From positions 1-64,000 of the forward strand of contig JAQFVV010000003.1 of assembly GCA_028023455.1 (NCBI GenBank): DNA of 64,000 bases, given 5' to 3'. Positions 11,671-25,351 of this stretch are shown here, one piece after another. The position numbers and the translations under genes were made by a program. The notes beneath the pieces are model-generated. The model was not told the origin of the DNA. It did no database searches and worked only from the letters and a program-made list of their open reading frames with translations. Source of the DNA: Epiperipatus broadwayi (Eukaryota > Animalia > Onychophora). The first letter of the stretch is position 1. Every line of letters begins with the position of its first letter.

Positions 11671-14457
11671 ACAAACAGTCAACTCAAATTAAAATTATTC
11701 ATATGAATTATTTAAAAAAACCAATTCCTTACTTTTTAATAAAATTGATGTTATGCAATTAAGTATTTTTAATTATATGTATTTGCACAGAGTCAAATCT
11801 TTTGCAACTTTATTTCTGTCATGGCTCAATGTCAGGATTCAACATCTTTTCCAATAATTTTAATATCTCTTTTGTTAATGTTTCCTTTCTATAATGTTAA
11901 TTGATTTTTCCAGTGATAATTTTTTTTTGTGATGACAGTCCTCCATTATATTCTCTAATATCATTAACTAACTTTGTTAATGATAGTCTACATTCATTTT
12001 CTCCATATTGTTAATTAGCTTCTTTAATGACAGAACTCAACAACACTTACTTAGTAATGCTAAATGTCTATTTTCCACAGTATAAATTGTCTTCCTTTGT
12101 GTCTGGGCTTCATGCTATATTATTGAGCACCCATGAAAAATAAAAAAATGATTAACAAAATTTTGCATTCCCATTAATATATTTTTTTTAGTAACTCCAT
12201 ATAATAGTTAAAGTGAATTATATATATATATATATATTGCTTTTTTAACTGTTTTGAAATAATTTTGTTATGTGTTTAAAGAATAAATCCTTAAAATTTA
12301 ATTTAAGTAAATTTATTATAAGATTACAAATGGCTTATAGATTAATTAGCTTTGCCTTTTCAATTAGAGCTTTGGGAATGCAAGATGGATAATTAAACAT
12401 TACAAAAAAATCTTATTACCATATAATAATATTAGCAGAACACAAGAGATTAAAAAAATGTCAAAGTAAAATGTCATTTAGAATTTATTTTGATTATAAA
12501 TATAAAATTAATGCAAACAATGTTTTAATCAGTGATAAAATGTGCTAAGAATTTATCAAGGTTTTAAAAATAAATTGTCTATTTAATTTAGCCCAGTAAA
12601 AGAGAGATAAATTCTAAGAGCTAAAGGTTACTCAGTTAATTCTTAGGCCAAATGATTGCCTTGATGCCTAAATGTCACATGATCATCTGAACAACTATTC
12701 CATAAAAATTTTTTTTAAAATAAATTCACATGTGATATAGTAGTTAATATTTTAGAATGCCAGATTCACGATCTGAAATTTAAACTTGGATAAAGATTGA
12801 ATTTTTTTAGGAGGAATGTTCAGAGTTTTTTTCATGTAATAAAAATTGTCACATCAAAATAGCAATTCAATATTAATATGTAAATTCATAACTAGCTATA
12901 TTATTAGACTATTAGGATAATGTAACTAAACATAATCTTGGCTGGTCAGAAGTGTTTCAGTTTACAGTGACTATGAAACACTTTAACCATGAGAGCAAAT
13001 GATACCGCTCACATTCAGATCATTATTTACTTTGTCTTGCATTATTTAATGCTATAATAGAATTGCAGATTTTATAGATCAAAGTCTATTGACCATGTTC
13101 ATCTCTGTTACTCCAAACATTTAAACTTGTTGGGAACTCCCAAGCTGTGAAATCGTTTAATTATTATTAATATTTGTCTTTATTTTTTATAATTAAATAA
13201 TTTACTATTGATTTTTTAAAAAACTGATTTAAGTCCAATATATATTTTATAATGGACAATATCAATTGTGTTGTCTACCACTTGCTAAATATCAACTGCA
13301 TAACATCTCACAAATAGTAAATAACTAGAATAAAAAAATAATCACTTGGACATCTGAAAATTATTTTCAGTTACTAAAGTAAGGTTATGCACATGGAAAT
13401 GACAGTATAGACGTCTACAAATCTTAATACAAGATTAATTTAAAAGACAAGAGCTGACTTAAATTTTGAAAAAAATTATTAAGCATGTTATTAATAACAT
13501 TGATTATTAAAAAGTACAATTAAAAAAATACAATAAAGTAATAACCAAAAATGTAACAATAAATACCTCATTGTTTAATACATAAAATATTATTTTGGCA
13601 ACATTTCATTTTTTTTCTCTATAATTTACATTATTGTTTATCATTAATATAGATGCCCCATATAGCTTAAAGCAATGATAAGATAACATACTCTAGAGCT
13701 CATAGTTTATGGATTCCAATCCATTCTAATACTTTACATACTTGAACTTTACGTGAACTGAACAAACGATGTGATAATTTTTTTTCATTCATATAGATTA
13801 ATATAAACATATATATATATAGCTACTTATAGAGGGGAAAATCATTACTATTTTTAGTTTGTTAGTATGATTATAGGTTCTTAATATTATTATATTAGAA
13901 ATATATTTGTATTTTCATTACTACAAAATTATAAGTTTTAACTCAGACTAAAATGTAACTAGATATATGAAGAACATACAGAGAAAAGCTTTCATAAAAT
14001 ACGTTTTTAAATAGTATTTGCTTAACCGGTTTTTGACTATTACAAGTCATATAGTTGAATGTCAGCTAAGTATATACTGTTTAAAATATATTTTGTGAAC
14101 TCTTTACTCTATACGTTTTTCATAAATATATATATATTATTACATTTTTATTATTGGCAATGACAGTAAATAGTCATATGAAAACATCCCCTCCTCTTTT
14201 CTCCAAAAATTGCTTATTCAGTCTAGTAAGATTTCAGTAATGCAAAAACGCATGCGCCTTTTGAAGCAAGATTGTTACTTTTATGGTGAGCCTATTTATT
14301 TGTTTTTTTTTTACGATATCAAACTGATAAAATATTTTTGGAATGAAACTAAATTGATATTAAAGATTTGAGATAGACAAACCTCATAAAAAAATCTAAC
14401 TGATCCTTCCATATAGAATATACTAACCACATTTTTCCTTTTTTTGCTGTGGCAAAT

Positions 14458-15948
14458 ATGTCAGACGCCATGGACTCTGCATGTGAAGTGAAATCACGCA
14501 TATATGCAGAAGCTGCGAGAGCCACATCTTTATTGCTACAGCACGATTCTTACGTAAATTTATCTAGTGTAAAAAATACAAATCAAAGTGCTAGATTCCA
14601 CAGATCAACAATGAATGATTTGATTAATTTAGACATTCTTGCAGATACCTCTCATAAATCTATCAACGTAATCGAAGAGGCTTGGTCAGAAGAAAGCTTG
14701 AAAAGAATCTCGGAGGCCTTCAATCAAACAATACCGAAAGGCCTATATTTATCATTTAAACGTTTTTTTACCAATCTCTCGATTGTTCTAGCTGTCACGG
14801 ATATTAATTGCTCTCTTTACAGATTCCCAAAAAATTTGCTGTATGAAGCAATTACAGCAAACAACATGTGGGACTCTATACAACAAATTGGAGAACATCC
14901 TAACCCCAGATATATTGCCATTGAATTTTTTGATGAAGGATAGAGAAATAGATTTGAAAATACTATTCTCACGCTGGAAAAATACGCGTTAGTCAAAATA
15001 GATCGCAATAGAGAAAACTATGTAACAGGGATTATTAAAAACACCTATTTCACCTTCTCCATTAATGACTTTACAAAGCTGATGAAACCTTTTGGGTCAG
15101 TAGTGTCGTTCCAACCTACGTATCTAAAAGATATGCCTATACCTATATTAAGCACCAATTATCATTTTAAACTGCATCTAAACAAAAATATAATTCTGAA
15201 TGATATCCCTACATTAATTACGGATCAAGATACCACGCTCCTTGTAATAATATATGGAATTAAATCTCAGTGCTTCAACTGCAAAGAAAGAGATCATCTC
15301 ATAGGTGTGTGTCCAAAAACTAAATGTCCACACTGTGAAATGAGAAATACAACAACACATCAATGCAAGGGAAAAAATGATAATAATAATATGCCATACA
15401 CAAATGGAAAGGCGTTGATCACTGATATAAATTATGCTAATATCGATGATTTAGTTGGTTTTACCCCAAGTATACCATCAGAAAATAATACACAAATACA
15501 AGATCAACTATCGGACCAACACAGTTCCATTACACTAAAAGTCACAAATGAAATTAGCAAAACCATTCCAGAAGCAGTAATCCTAAACAAAACTTCACAA
15601 GACATTACAGAAGCATCAATATCAGGACCATCACACTCAGGCATTGACATAAATGTACTAACAACCAAACGTAAACCTGGTCGTCCACCAAGTAAGAAAA
15701 GAGAAAGAAAAAGTGAAGTACAATCCCCAGAACTGAGTAAAGAGGATCTATCACAGTCTCTGGACAATGCTAAAAAAGTTAAAAAGTCAACCCAAAACAT
15801 AGAAGATTCCAATGTGTGTAATACAAGTGAGCAAGTCGCGATAATAGAAATAAGTGAAACATGCTCAAATACAATAGCTTACGACAAGCTCCTTGGTTTG
15901 TCGGATGAAAGTCCAATATTTTTAGACAGGAATATGCAGATAACATAA
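14458..15948 (+). pseudogene. L1 #2 ORF1 (RRM-like + CCHC knuckles) with one in-frame TAG
   Basis: ORFs 14449-14943 and 15082-15948 are in the same frame, separated only by TAG 14941-14943. Contains QCFNCKERDHLIGVCPKTKCPHCEMRNTTTHQC and a low-complexity tail. The start may be ATG 14458 or 14470. Confidence 0.88.
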
Positions 15949-15987
15949 ACATACCTTTCGTACTTTTACATAACTACATTAAATAAA

Positions 15988-18900
15988 ATGATGATAAAAA
16001 TAGGATCAGTTAATATCAGAGGATTAAACTCTGTTGAAAAAAACTATAAACTTAGAAAATGAATTAACATTATCCAACCCCATATAATTGGACTACTGGA
16101 GACAAAGATATATAATAAATCACAAACAGATCCATCTAAGCTCTATGACAATCAAGGCCATTCTTTGTTTCCCAGAGCCGCATTCTCACCATCGGCTGGG
16201 ACAGGAATTGTGATAACCAAAACATGCCCATTCAGCTCATTTAAAATATTACATATTGATGCACACATGCTAATTATTAATCTATATCATAAAAGAATAA
16301 TGCTTAACATAGTATATCTGTATATTCCTCCAGGTGATACAATTATAAATAACCTCATACATATACTAAACACAAAGTTTTCATCGTCAATACATCCCAT
16401 AATAATAATGGGAGATTTTAATATGTCATACAGTAAATTTGTTACAAAATGGTTACACAGGCTGGCTTTTCCTTTCATGTCTGGAGAAGGTTTTCTTCCA
16501 CAAAACTCTGTTTCATTCAACAATGGCAGATTCTCTTCTCTGATTGATCTTGGGTTTTATTCACCAGCGCTGCATCATATGATCAAAATACTACTAATAA
16601 ACTCATCCTTCTCAGATCATTCAGCTGTGATGGTTTGTCTTAAAAATGATTTTTCATATAGACCCACAGTTACTACAGGCAAAACTATTAGAATATTGCT
16701 TCCAGCTCAAACTAAGGAATATCTCTTTTCAGAGATATACATATCAATATTCAAAATTCGTGACATGGATTTGGACCCAGTTCAGAGATGGATTACCTTC
16801 GTAAACATAATCTCGTACACGATAGAATTACAAGAAACCAACCCCCCCTTCAAGGATTTTGGCTCTTGCAGATGATCTGCATAAAAGAATAACACTTAGT
16901 GCTTCCACCGCAGAGGGCTGTACAAATGTTGTAGCCCTTAGAAAAGCTTATTGGTCGGCATGTGTTTTGCTCAGGGAATATTTGGCAATAAAGAAGAAAA
17001 AGGTATTCCTGAGTCAGACCCATATAAGGTCTAGACAGTACATTCGCTGGGCTCTAGGTCAAGCTCCAACAAACTGGGTTCCATTTGCTATCAAAGTAGA
17101 AGGGCAAGCCATTGCAGGAGATAATATGCTAGAACCACTCTACTCATTCTACAAACACAACCTGCAAAGAGGGGAATTTTTCACCCCTCCGGATAACTTT
17201 CTTGGCCCACCAGAAGATAATATAGCCTTTATTCCAAGAGATTTTGAGGAAAAGTTGTATTCAATATCAAACTCATGTCATCCAGGAATACATGGAATAC
17301 CTTGCTTTGTATACAATCACTTAAGTCATTTCACCATAAAATATCTAGCAGATTTAGCCAACTTCCTAACCCAGAGAATTTATCACATTCATGGGCTCTA
17401 CACCATCTCAATGGTTCCATTTATTAAGAAGGAGGGAAACATAACCACTTTACAAAATCTCAGACCTATATCAATGAGCCCACTTGGTATCAAGATTCTG
17501 GAGTCAATAATTAAAGACAGAATTGAGCCCTACATTCTGCCATATTTGTCAAAAAATCAGTTCGCAAGGAAGGGATCTTCTACTGGGCAAGCGGCTTTTC
17601 TATATAAGACAGTGATTGACACAGTCAGAAATAACAAAAGGTACGGACCTGTTCAGCATTTGATATGGTACCAATTAATATCTTAATTAATATGCTAGCA
17701 GACACATCAATTCCCAGAGCACTAATCTACTTGATTACAAATCTTCTTTTAAGTAGAGAAATTCATATAACTCTTAGTGAGAAATATGCACCATCCTTCA
17801 CTCCATTTAACTCCATCCCACAAGGTTCACCATTAAGTGCTCTTCTATTCACTTTTTATATTAATCCTCTCCTTACAGCAATTGAAAGTGAGATGACTGG
17901 AATATTCATACCCACAATGAAGACTAATGTCACATGTATTGCATACATAGATGATATTACTGTATTTCTGCCCACCAAAAAACAAATACCAACACTAATT
18001 AAAATTCTTAATAACTACTCAGCAGAATATAAACTAGAGTTTAATCTTCATAAATCCAGTGCTTGGTCCATATGCACTGGACACCAACAAGACCAATACT
18101 TTAAAGGAAAACGAGGTCCATTCCTGAGATTTCCATTCCATTTAAGCATCTCTGAAATGCATTAACAGATACAGAGGAAATTTAATGAATAAATCTGAGA
18201 ATATAACTAATTCTCTATCCAAATCATACATGTCGCTCTATGCCAAAGTCGCTCTCTTCAATCTCTTAATAATAACAAGAGTTACATATTATACACCCAT
18301 AATAATATACACAAAAGCGTTTATAGCAAAAATTTATTCAATGTGTAGAAAATTATTGTGGAAAAAAAAATAGTGCCAATATCCTTAAGAAAAATCCTGA
18401 ACCCTCTATCTTGAAATGGACTAGGCCTACATTCAATCAACATTTTTCAAATTCAAAAAACATTTAATCTAATATCATCATGCACCAAAATTTTCCCCTA
18501 TCTAGAATTTGCACTCAAAATCACACCCACAGACAAACCACCACCTACAAATAACTTCTGGAATAAGCTAATTTCTCCACTATTAAGCATCCCCAATCTT
18601 ACATCCCCCCCCCCTATGGACAAAATGAAATACTGGGAGGTTTACTCAGTCTGCCACCCCCCTTCCAATGATAACAGGAAAACTTATCTAAACTTAACAA
18701 ATAAACAGTTGACCAAAAACTTTAAATATTGGTTATTGGAGCCAAAATTCTATGATTTCCTCATAAAACTAAATCTTGATGCACTTCCAACTCTTTACTT
18801 CTGTAGATATAAAAGGAACTGTATCAATATTGAAGATATTTGCAAGCTTTGTCAAAGAGAACCAGAAACCCTATCACACTTATTATTCACATGCCCCAGA

Positions 18901-19192
18901 TAACAATAATATCCGTTGGGACATTCCAAAAATTTTTAAAAATAAGGATTACGGAATACAAACACTTCTCAATTCCTTTGAAAAGGGTATTTATGGACTC
19001 ATCCGCACTAGCACATTTGTGTTATACTCACTATGGTGTACCAGATGTACACTTATGTATGAACCGGACATGAAACAATCTAACACATTTAGAAACAAAA
19101 TTGATATCATACGCACTAGGGATGAAAAAATTTCATCGCCTAACATTTTTTCAGACACCTGGTCAATAATGCTACTTCACTCTAATTTATAA
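15988..19192 (+). pseudogene. L1 #2 ORF2 (APE-RT-CCHC), disrupted
   Basis: GSVNIRGLN, GTGIVI, GDFN, IDLG, FSDHS, LRPISM, IPQGSPLS, AYIDD and CKLCQREPETLSHLLFTC. Stop at 16060-16062, frameshifts near 16860 and 17660, and further lesions downstream. Confidence 0.95.
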
Positions 19193-22100
19193 AAAGACTT
19201 ACCATCACCAAAGAAGTAGATCACCAGGACTTAAAAAAAAAAGGGGGGAGGGAAAAGAGATGAAAAGTGTACCCATTAATATATGTAAATTGTTATAAAC
19301 TGATGTAACGATCAGGAGAATGGTAAGCCCTGATCAAAATTGTTATTTCCTTTTTTTGTACATTTATAAACCAATAAAGCATATTGAAACTAAGATTTCA
19401 GTAATGCTTGTCATGTGGAGAGATATTAACTAGGCCTTGCATGCATAGGATAATTAGTATTGATATATGTAGTGACAAATTGCAGTTGATGATAACAAGA
19501 TATTATTTTTTGCAGATACTTTATTTATTATATACATAAAATGATGCATATATATATGTGAGTGTTCATATATATATAATATATAATACCGTCGGTTACA
19601 ATATGCAGTGCCATACATATACTTTTCAGATTCTGAAAACACTAATAAGTTTTAGGACTTTCAGCATTACTAAAGATCTTACTAGACTGATTAGGCAATT
19701 TTTGGAGATATTTTTCATAATGTTATTAAACTAAATCTCAAATAAATATTTTAATTTATGTTTAACTTAGTCTTGAAAACCATAAAAACTGATTGTATTT
19801 AGTTTATAAGTGAAGTCATTAAAGAATATAATTACTGGCTTAGTATCAGGCTTCAACAATTAAGTAAGCAACTATTCTTAATTGTAAAACTTAAGGATGT
19901 TTGAAAATTTTAAGCCATTAACCTGAATAATATAAGTAAAAAATACTATGGATTCAAAAAACAATGTTTATTACTGAAGATAGTCATTAAAAACAAAGTA
20001 GCCTGGGTGTCTGAGATCTATTTACATTACCTAGTATTTACTGATTATTCAAGAACACAAGTATTTTCAGGAGTGTGAGGTTACTTATTCTGAAATTAAT
20101 TACTAATTAGCTAACAGCTTAGAAACGTTTAGTTACTTGACAAATTTTGTTTCATTCAGACATGATAAACTATTGCATTAGTCACTACATATGACATATT
20201 ACATAGTTTAGGTGTTAATATAGCAAAAAATAAACTTATAACATGATTATCAAAATTAGCTTTATCAGTTAGAATGATATTTAAACAGTGCTTCATATGC
20301 CATTTGAAATAAAAGCAGGTATTTTTGTATTATCCTATCTACCAAGCCTAAAAGACATTTTTTTTAATTATACAGTGCATTTTCAGGGGAATACAATAAA
20401 TATTTAAAACAAGATGGCTGACAAAAAGCAGTTATATTTAATATTTACAGTTTGTTTTTTAATTATTATTATTTAAAAAAAAATTCTGAATATTTCCACT
20501 TTATTTATTATTATTTTTTGTATTAAGTCAACATATTAATATAAAAATAATAGAAATATAAAGACTCATATGATGCCTATGAACACAGACTTTTCATGAC
20601 AGCAGGATCCTGTCCACACTTTTGGAAATGCTCCACTATCTGCTGTTCTGTCTAAGGAAGATACTTTCATCATTTTCTTAAAATGGTAGTGACAAAGATA
20701 AAGATGCTAAATGTAAAGGAACTACAATATTCACAGCATGTTGATGTTTACGCATTATAATATAAATTAAAAAAAAAAATGAAATAAACCGTCTGAATTG
20801 AATTTAAAATCGATTTATATTTTTTTTTAAACTTAACAACTAACACATATTTGGTAAAATAAATTGAAAAAAAAAACCCTATGCCCTAACAGTGTATAAT
20901 TAAAAATTGGCTGCCAAGCTTGGTAAACAGGATAATACACAATTATCTAAACAGCTTATAATTTGATAAGAATTGAATTTGTTTATATGTTGAGAAGAAA
21001 ATGACCAAAAATATTTAAAATATAATTAATCCTTAAGTCATCTGAAATGCCTACTTCAGTTGAAATATGTTCTGAAGATAGTGTTATATTTCCCCTGACT
21101 TCGGAAAAGATTGCTCCTTAATAAAAGGGCTTGTAGATTCAATTTAATGATATATATATTATTCTTAGTTTATATAACTTAAAATATTTAAAATGTTATA
21201 TTTTCGTATTCATGATTAAAAAGTTATTAAGAATACTTTTATATATTTATGCTCGTCTCGCTTGATCAAATTAAATCCAAAAAAATCATATACAAAACTT
21301 GTTATAAAAGGTTTAGTTTCTTACTCAGCATTTCACAATGAGTGTTGATTCAATAAGGTCAAAGGGCTATCAGATTTCATGGAAGGTCAATGATGTGTGA
21401 CCATACTCAATATCTAACTTCCCATCATGCTTCTTTTTTAAATGTGCTTCACTATTGGTTTTCTTTTCTTCCCCAATAATGCAGATAGCAAATGGATTGA
21501 AAAAAAAAAAACTTTCCTAATTTTTGATAGAAACAATTTTATTACTGTCAGAAAAGTTTTTTTTCTTTAAAAAAAAGTTAAATAATATTTGTTTAATTCA
21601 GATTTTTTAAAATGTAAGACAACTTTAAAAAAATTAAACACTAAAAATATACTGTGCGCTTGTATATCAGTAAACCAAAAGTTTGTAGCTATTTAAAATC
21701 TCCTGTATTAGCTATGAAGGCTGCATTATATTGCAAATCGATGTTCATAAAACTAACTATAGGAACATTTACTTATATTTGTGAGCAGCTATATTCCTAT
21801 TTACTAACTAAGTTAGAAGATTGGTTGGTATCTCACATTTAATGCGGTGATATAACTAGATTTTTAATTATATATCTCATTTTATATTAAAATTTAAGGT
21901 GAATTTAAACTTTTTTCTTAGAGACTATGAAAAAGACAGCAATGTTCATCAGGTATCCAATCTTTAAATGATGAGGATTTTAGAAGATTTTTAGATAGAT
22001 GCTTATGGACTAAGTACAGAAAAGAAGCTCAATCCTATTGTAAAAATAGTCAAGTTTATTTATTCAGAATTTGAATCCAGATGATATGCACATCAAACAT

Positions 22101-22744
22101 ATAACAAATTGTTAGACCATAAAGTTTGTTTGTCTCTTGCAAAAGGAATCAGTATTTTTTTCTCATTTTTTTAGTTCACATTGTTACATCTATTTATTTT
22201 ATTTACCTTGTTTTTAATGTCTTATTACTAATATCTATACAAAATGATTGTGACATAGTTTGGTGTATTATAATCATGATAACAGTAAAACATTTTAAAC
22301 TATAATATATAGAAAAGAGCCAGCATAAACTACTATCATAATTTATGAATAGGCTTGTGAGTAAAATGATATTATAGTCCTAAAACATGGGTTTCCTAAG
22401 CTAGAAAGATTTCATTATAACAGTGAGAAATAGCTAAGGAGATTTCTCAGTATACTGGCTTGTATAAAATGATTAAACTAAAATTATTTTTGATATCTAA
22501 TTGCTGACAGTGTTATGTGAGAGAATAAATATGGAATATGTAGAATGTGAACCAACAAAAGCTTAATGTAATGAAGATAAAAATTAATCACACATAAATT
22601 CATATATTAAGAGTTAGTAAAATAAAATAGACTGAAAAGTTTTATATCATCAGATCATTCTGTTAATTAGTCAGATCAAAAAAAAAATAAAAAAATAATG
22701 TACCATTCATTGGCAAGAAGGACATCATAAAGATTGTCCTCAAA

Positions 22745-23651
22745 TATTGAGAAAACTCCCAAACTAAGACACAAGATAGATATTTTTGAAAAAATAAAAG
22801 TGGCCATCTTATTTTTAAAACAAATTTCTAATTATAAAGCATATCAGTTTAAAAGAATAAAGATGTTTCTTTGTTCACTTCTATTATTTTCTTTCTGCAT
22901 ATTAACTCTCACAAAATCTTTAAATTTACTATGTGATAATACCCAATAATATTAGAAATTCCATAACATTTGATTTTATTTATTTGCACAGAGATAGTAT
23001 GTAATTTGAACTGTAAGATTTTTCATTTTAACACATGCACTGTACCATTTTTTTTATATATTTCAAAATTGTCTTGTTGAGTATTGAGAAAACTCTCGAA
23101 CTAAGACACAAGATAGAGTCTTATAAAAAGATAAAAGAAACTCTCTTATCTTTATATAGGCCAATTTAAAGCATCTTAATTTAAGATCATGAAGATGTTT
23201 CTCTATTCATTTTACTTCCACTATTTTCTTTCTGTCTTAATTTTCACAAAATATTTAAATTTACTATGTGATAATGTTCAAAAATATTAGATATTATGTA
23301 AAATTTTATTTTATTTACTAGAACAGAGATAGTATGTAATTTAAAACAGTACAGTGCATGTGTTATGAAAAGTCTTTACTATTTAAATTACATAGTGTCT
23401 CTGCACTAGTAAATAAAATAAAATATTACATAGTTTCTAATATTTTTAAGCATTATCATGTAGTGAATTTAAAGATTTCATGAGAGTTAATATGCAGAAA
23501 GAAAATAATGGAAGTAAAATGAATAGAGAAACATCTTCATGCTCTTAAGCTGAGATGCTATAGATTGGTCTACATAATTTGAAAGTAGGTTTAAAGATAA
23601 GATGGCTGCTCTTATCATAGTTTCGAGAGATTCCTCAATACTCAACAAGAC
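22745..23651. repeat. Three copies of a ~290-bp unit: two direct (22745-23045, 23071-23343) and one inverted (23349-23651)
   Basis: tattgagaaaactc.c.aactaagacacaagatag ... cagagatagtatgtaattt is repeated. gtcttgttgagtattgag (23071) pairs with ctcaatactcaacaagac (ends 23651). Confidence 0.9.
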
Positions 23652-25351
23652 ATCAGTGAGATATTATTTAAAAAAACACACATGTAGGATGAAAAATCCA
23701 TACTGTTTTAATTTTCCAATATATCTAAAACTTATAAATAATTATTTTTGTTATATAATCCACTTTAAGTCTTTTCAATAACATTTATTTTTGAATTATC
23801 TCATTTTTGATTTTTTCTCTTTTTTTTCACTCTGTTAATGTTATTGAGAAAATCAAAAGAATAATAATCTCTTATGCATAACTGCCAGAAGGGTCTCATA
23901 AATTAATTAGACCCCACAAAGCCTTACTAAATCTAAAAAGTAATTCCTTCCATTTACTAATTGATGTTACAATTGCTACTAATAATGGAATACCACAGAT
24001 TTAGTAGGCAGTGAAGTATTTGACTGATAATAAATAATTGCTGCATTTTGATTAATCTAACATAGATCTGTTGTAAAAGGTACATGTTAAGTTTTCTGGA
24101 AGGAAACAGTAAAGTACTGGGGAAACAGAGTATTATGAAAAAGGAAAAACACATGACCATTATCAGTGTTATCTGACATTGTTTGCCACTTTTATTATTC
24201 TATCATCTCAATTTTAGAGGTACATTGTAAATTTTAATAAGCTTCCTTGTACTGTTGAGAATTAAAATGCATATTACAAGAGAAAGTAAAAACAAAAAAC
24301 AAAAAAATAAAAAACAAAAATTTAGAAATGCTACATGTAAAATATGAAAACACTTTATAATGAACATTTAATTTTTTTTTTTTTTTCTATTTAGTTCTGA
24401 TGAAAAAACTCTGAATGCCATTATATATTTATCAGATCTGTCCCAATTATTTGAAGTTGCTAATCCTGGTATTAATACATAGGTCAAAATATATTTTTAT
24501 TAATTTTTTGACCATATAAACTTTTAATCCATATCATAATATATTCTTTATTTCTGGCCCTGAATTTCTGCAAAACAACTTTAATAAATGTCCATACAAA
24601 AAGTTTAAAATTTAACAAATTACAGTCTATTTTTGTGGACTCCCAAACTTCCTCCCCCTTTTTAATAAAAACAGCTGAATATGATCTTTCAAAATGTTTT
24701 TGAAACCTCATGTGCTGTGCCTTAGGGAATTTAACAGCCTCTTATTTATAAGATTGTGTTCAAACACAGCCATGGTTCATAACTGTCTAATGAATAGATA
24801 ACAGAATTAAAATACAATACTTAATAAAGATACCAAATCTCTTCAGATTCCTCTTTAATGTAACCTGATGTTTTACTTTACATTAAACAAAAGTTTTTAA
24901 AGTATTCAGAGAATTGAGAAAAATAACTACTATCATTTATTAGCAAAAAGACTCCAGTACAATCTGTTTTATTAAAAATCAACAAGTCAATCACTTTTTT
25001 TTAAATCAGTGAAAAATTTATTCTCTGAACTATTTCTCAGTCTAGATGAAATATTATTTGATTGATGGAAAGAATAAAGATGAAGAACAACATTATCAAT
25101 TCTACATCTTATCTATTTATACCACAAATGAAACAAACTTATCAATAATTTGAACTTTGATGACAGCTACATTATCTACAATGTGTGATGAATTTATTCC
25201 CAAATGAGTTTTTCTTGTTAAAACTTCTTTCTTTTAAATAATAATAATAAAAGGTTTAAAGTTTTTCATTTAAAAAAAAGAAATTTCTTCTTAAATAATA
25301 TAAAACATACATATTTGTATTTTGAATCAATGAATACGTATCTATATTGCC

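Larger units (their letters stand above)
14244..19390 (+). mobile_element. Full-length L1/Tx1-type non-LTR retrotransposon #2 (5147 bp, few lesions)
   Basis: Exact 17-bp TSD taagatttcagtaatgc (14227-14243 and 19391-19407). Has ORF1, ORF2 and AATAAA at 19373-19378. Confidence 0.95.
14200..19708. repeat. MITE-like inverted repeat (44-bp arms) interrupted by L1 #2
   Basis: Left arm 14200-14243 (tctccaaaaattgcttattcagtctagtaagatttcagtaatgc) is the near-exact reverse complement of 19664-19708. The pre-insertion spacer is ~256 bp. Confidence 0.75.

Noticed and set aside
15504-15812. 102-aa minus-strand ORF (and similar antisense ORFs in L1 #1 and #3)
   Set aside because: These are antisense shadows of L1 coding frames with no recognisable motif.
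20570-20720. Locally GC-richer patch considered as a host exon
   Set aside because: No convincing splice sites and no recognisable peptide in six frames.
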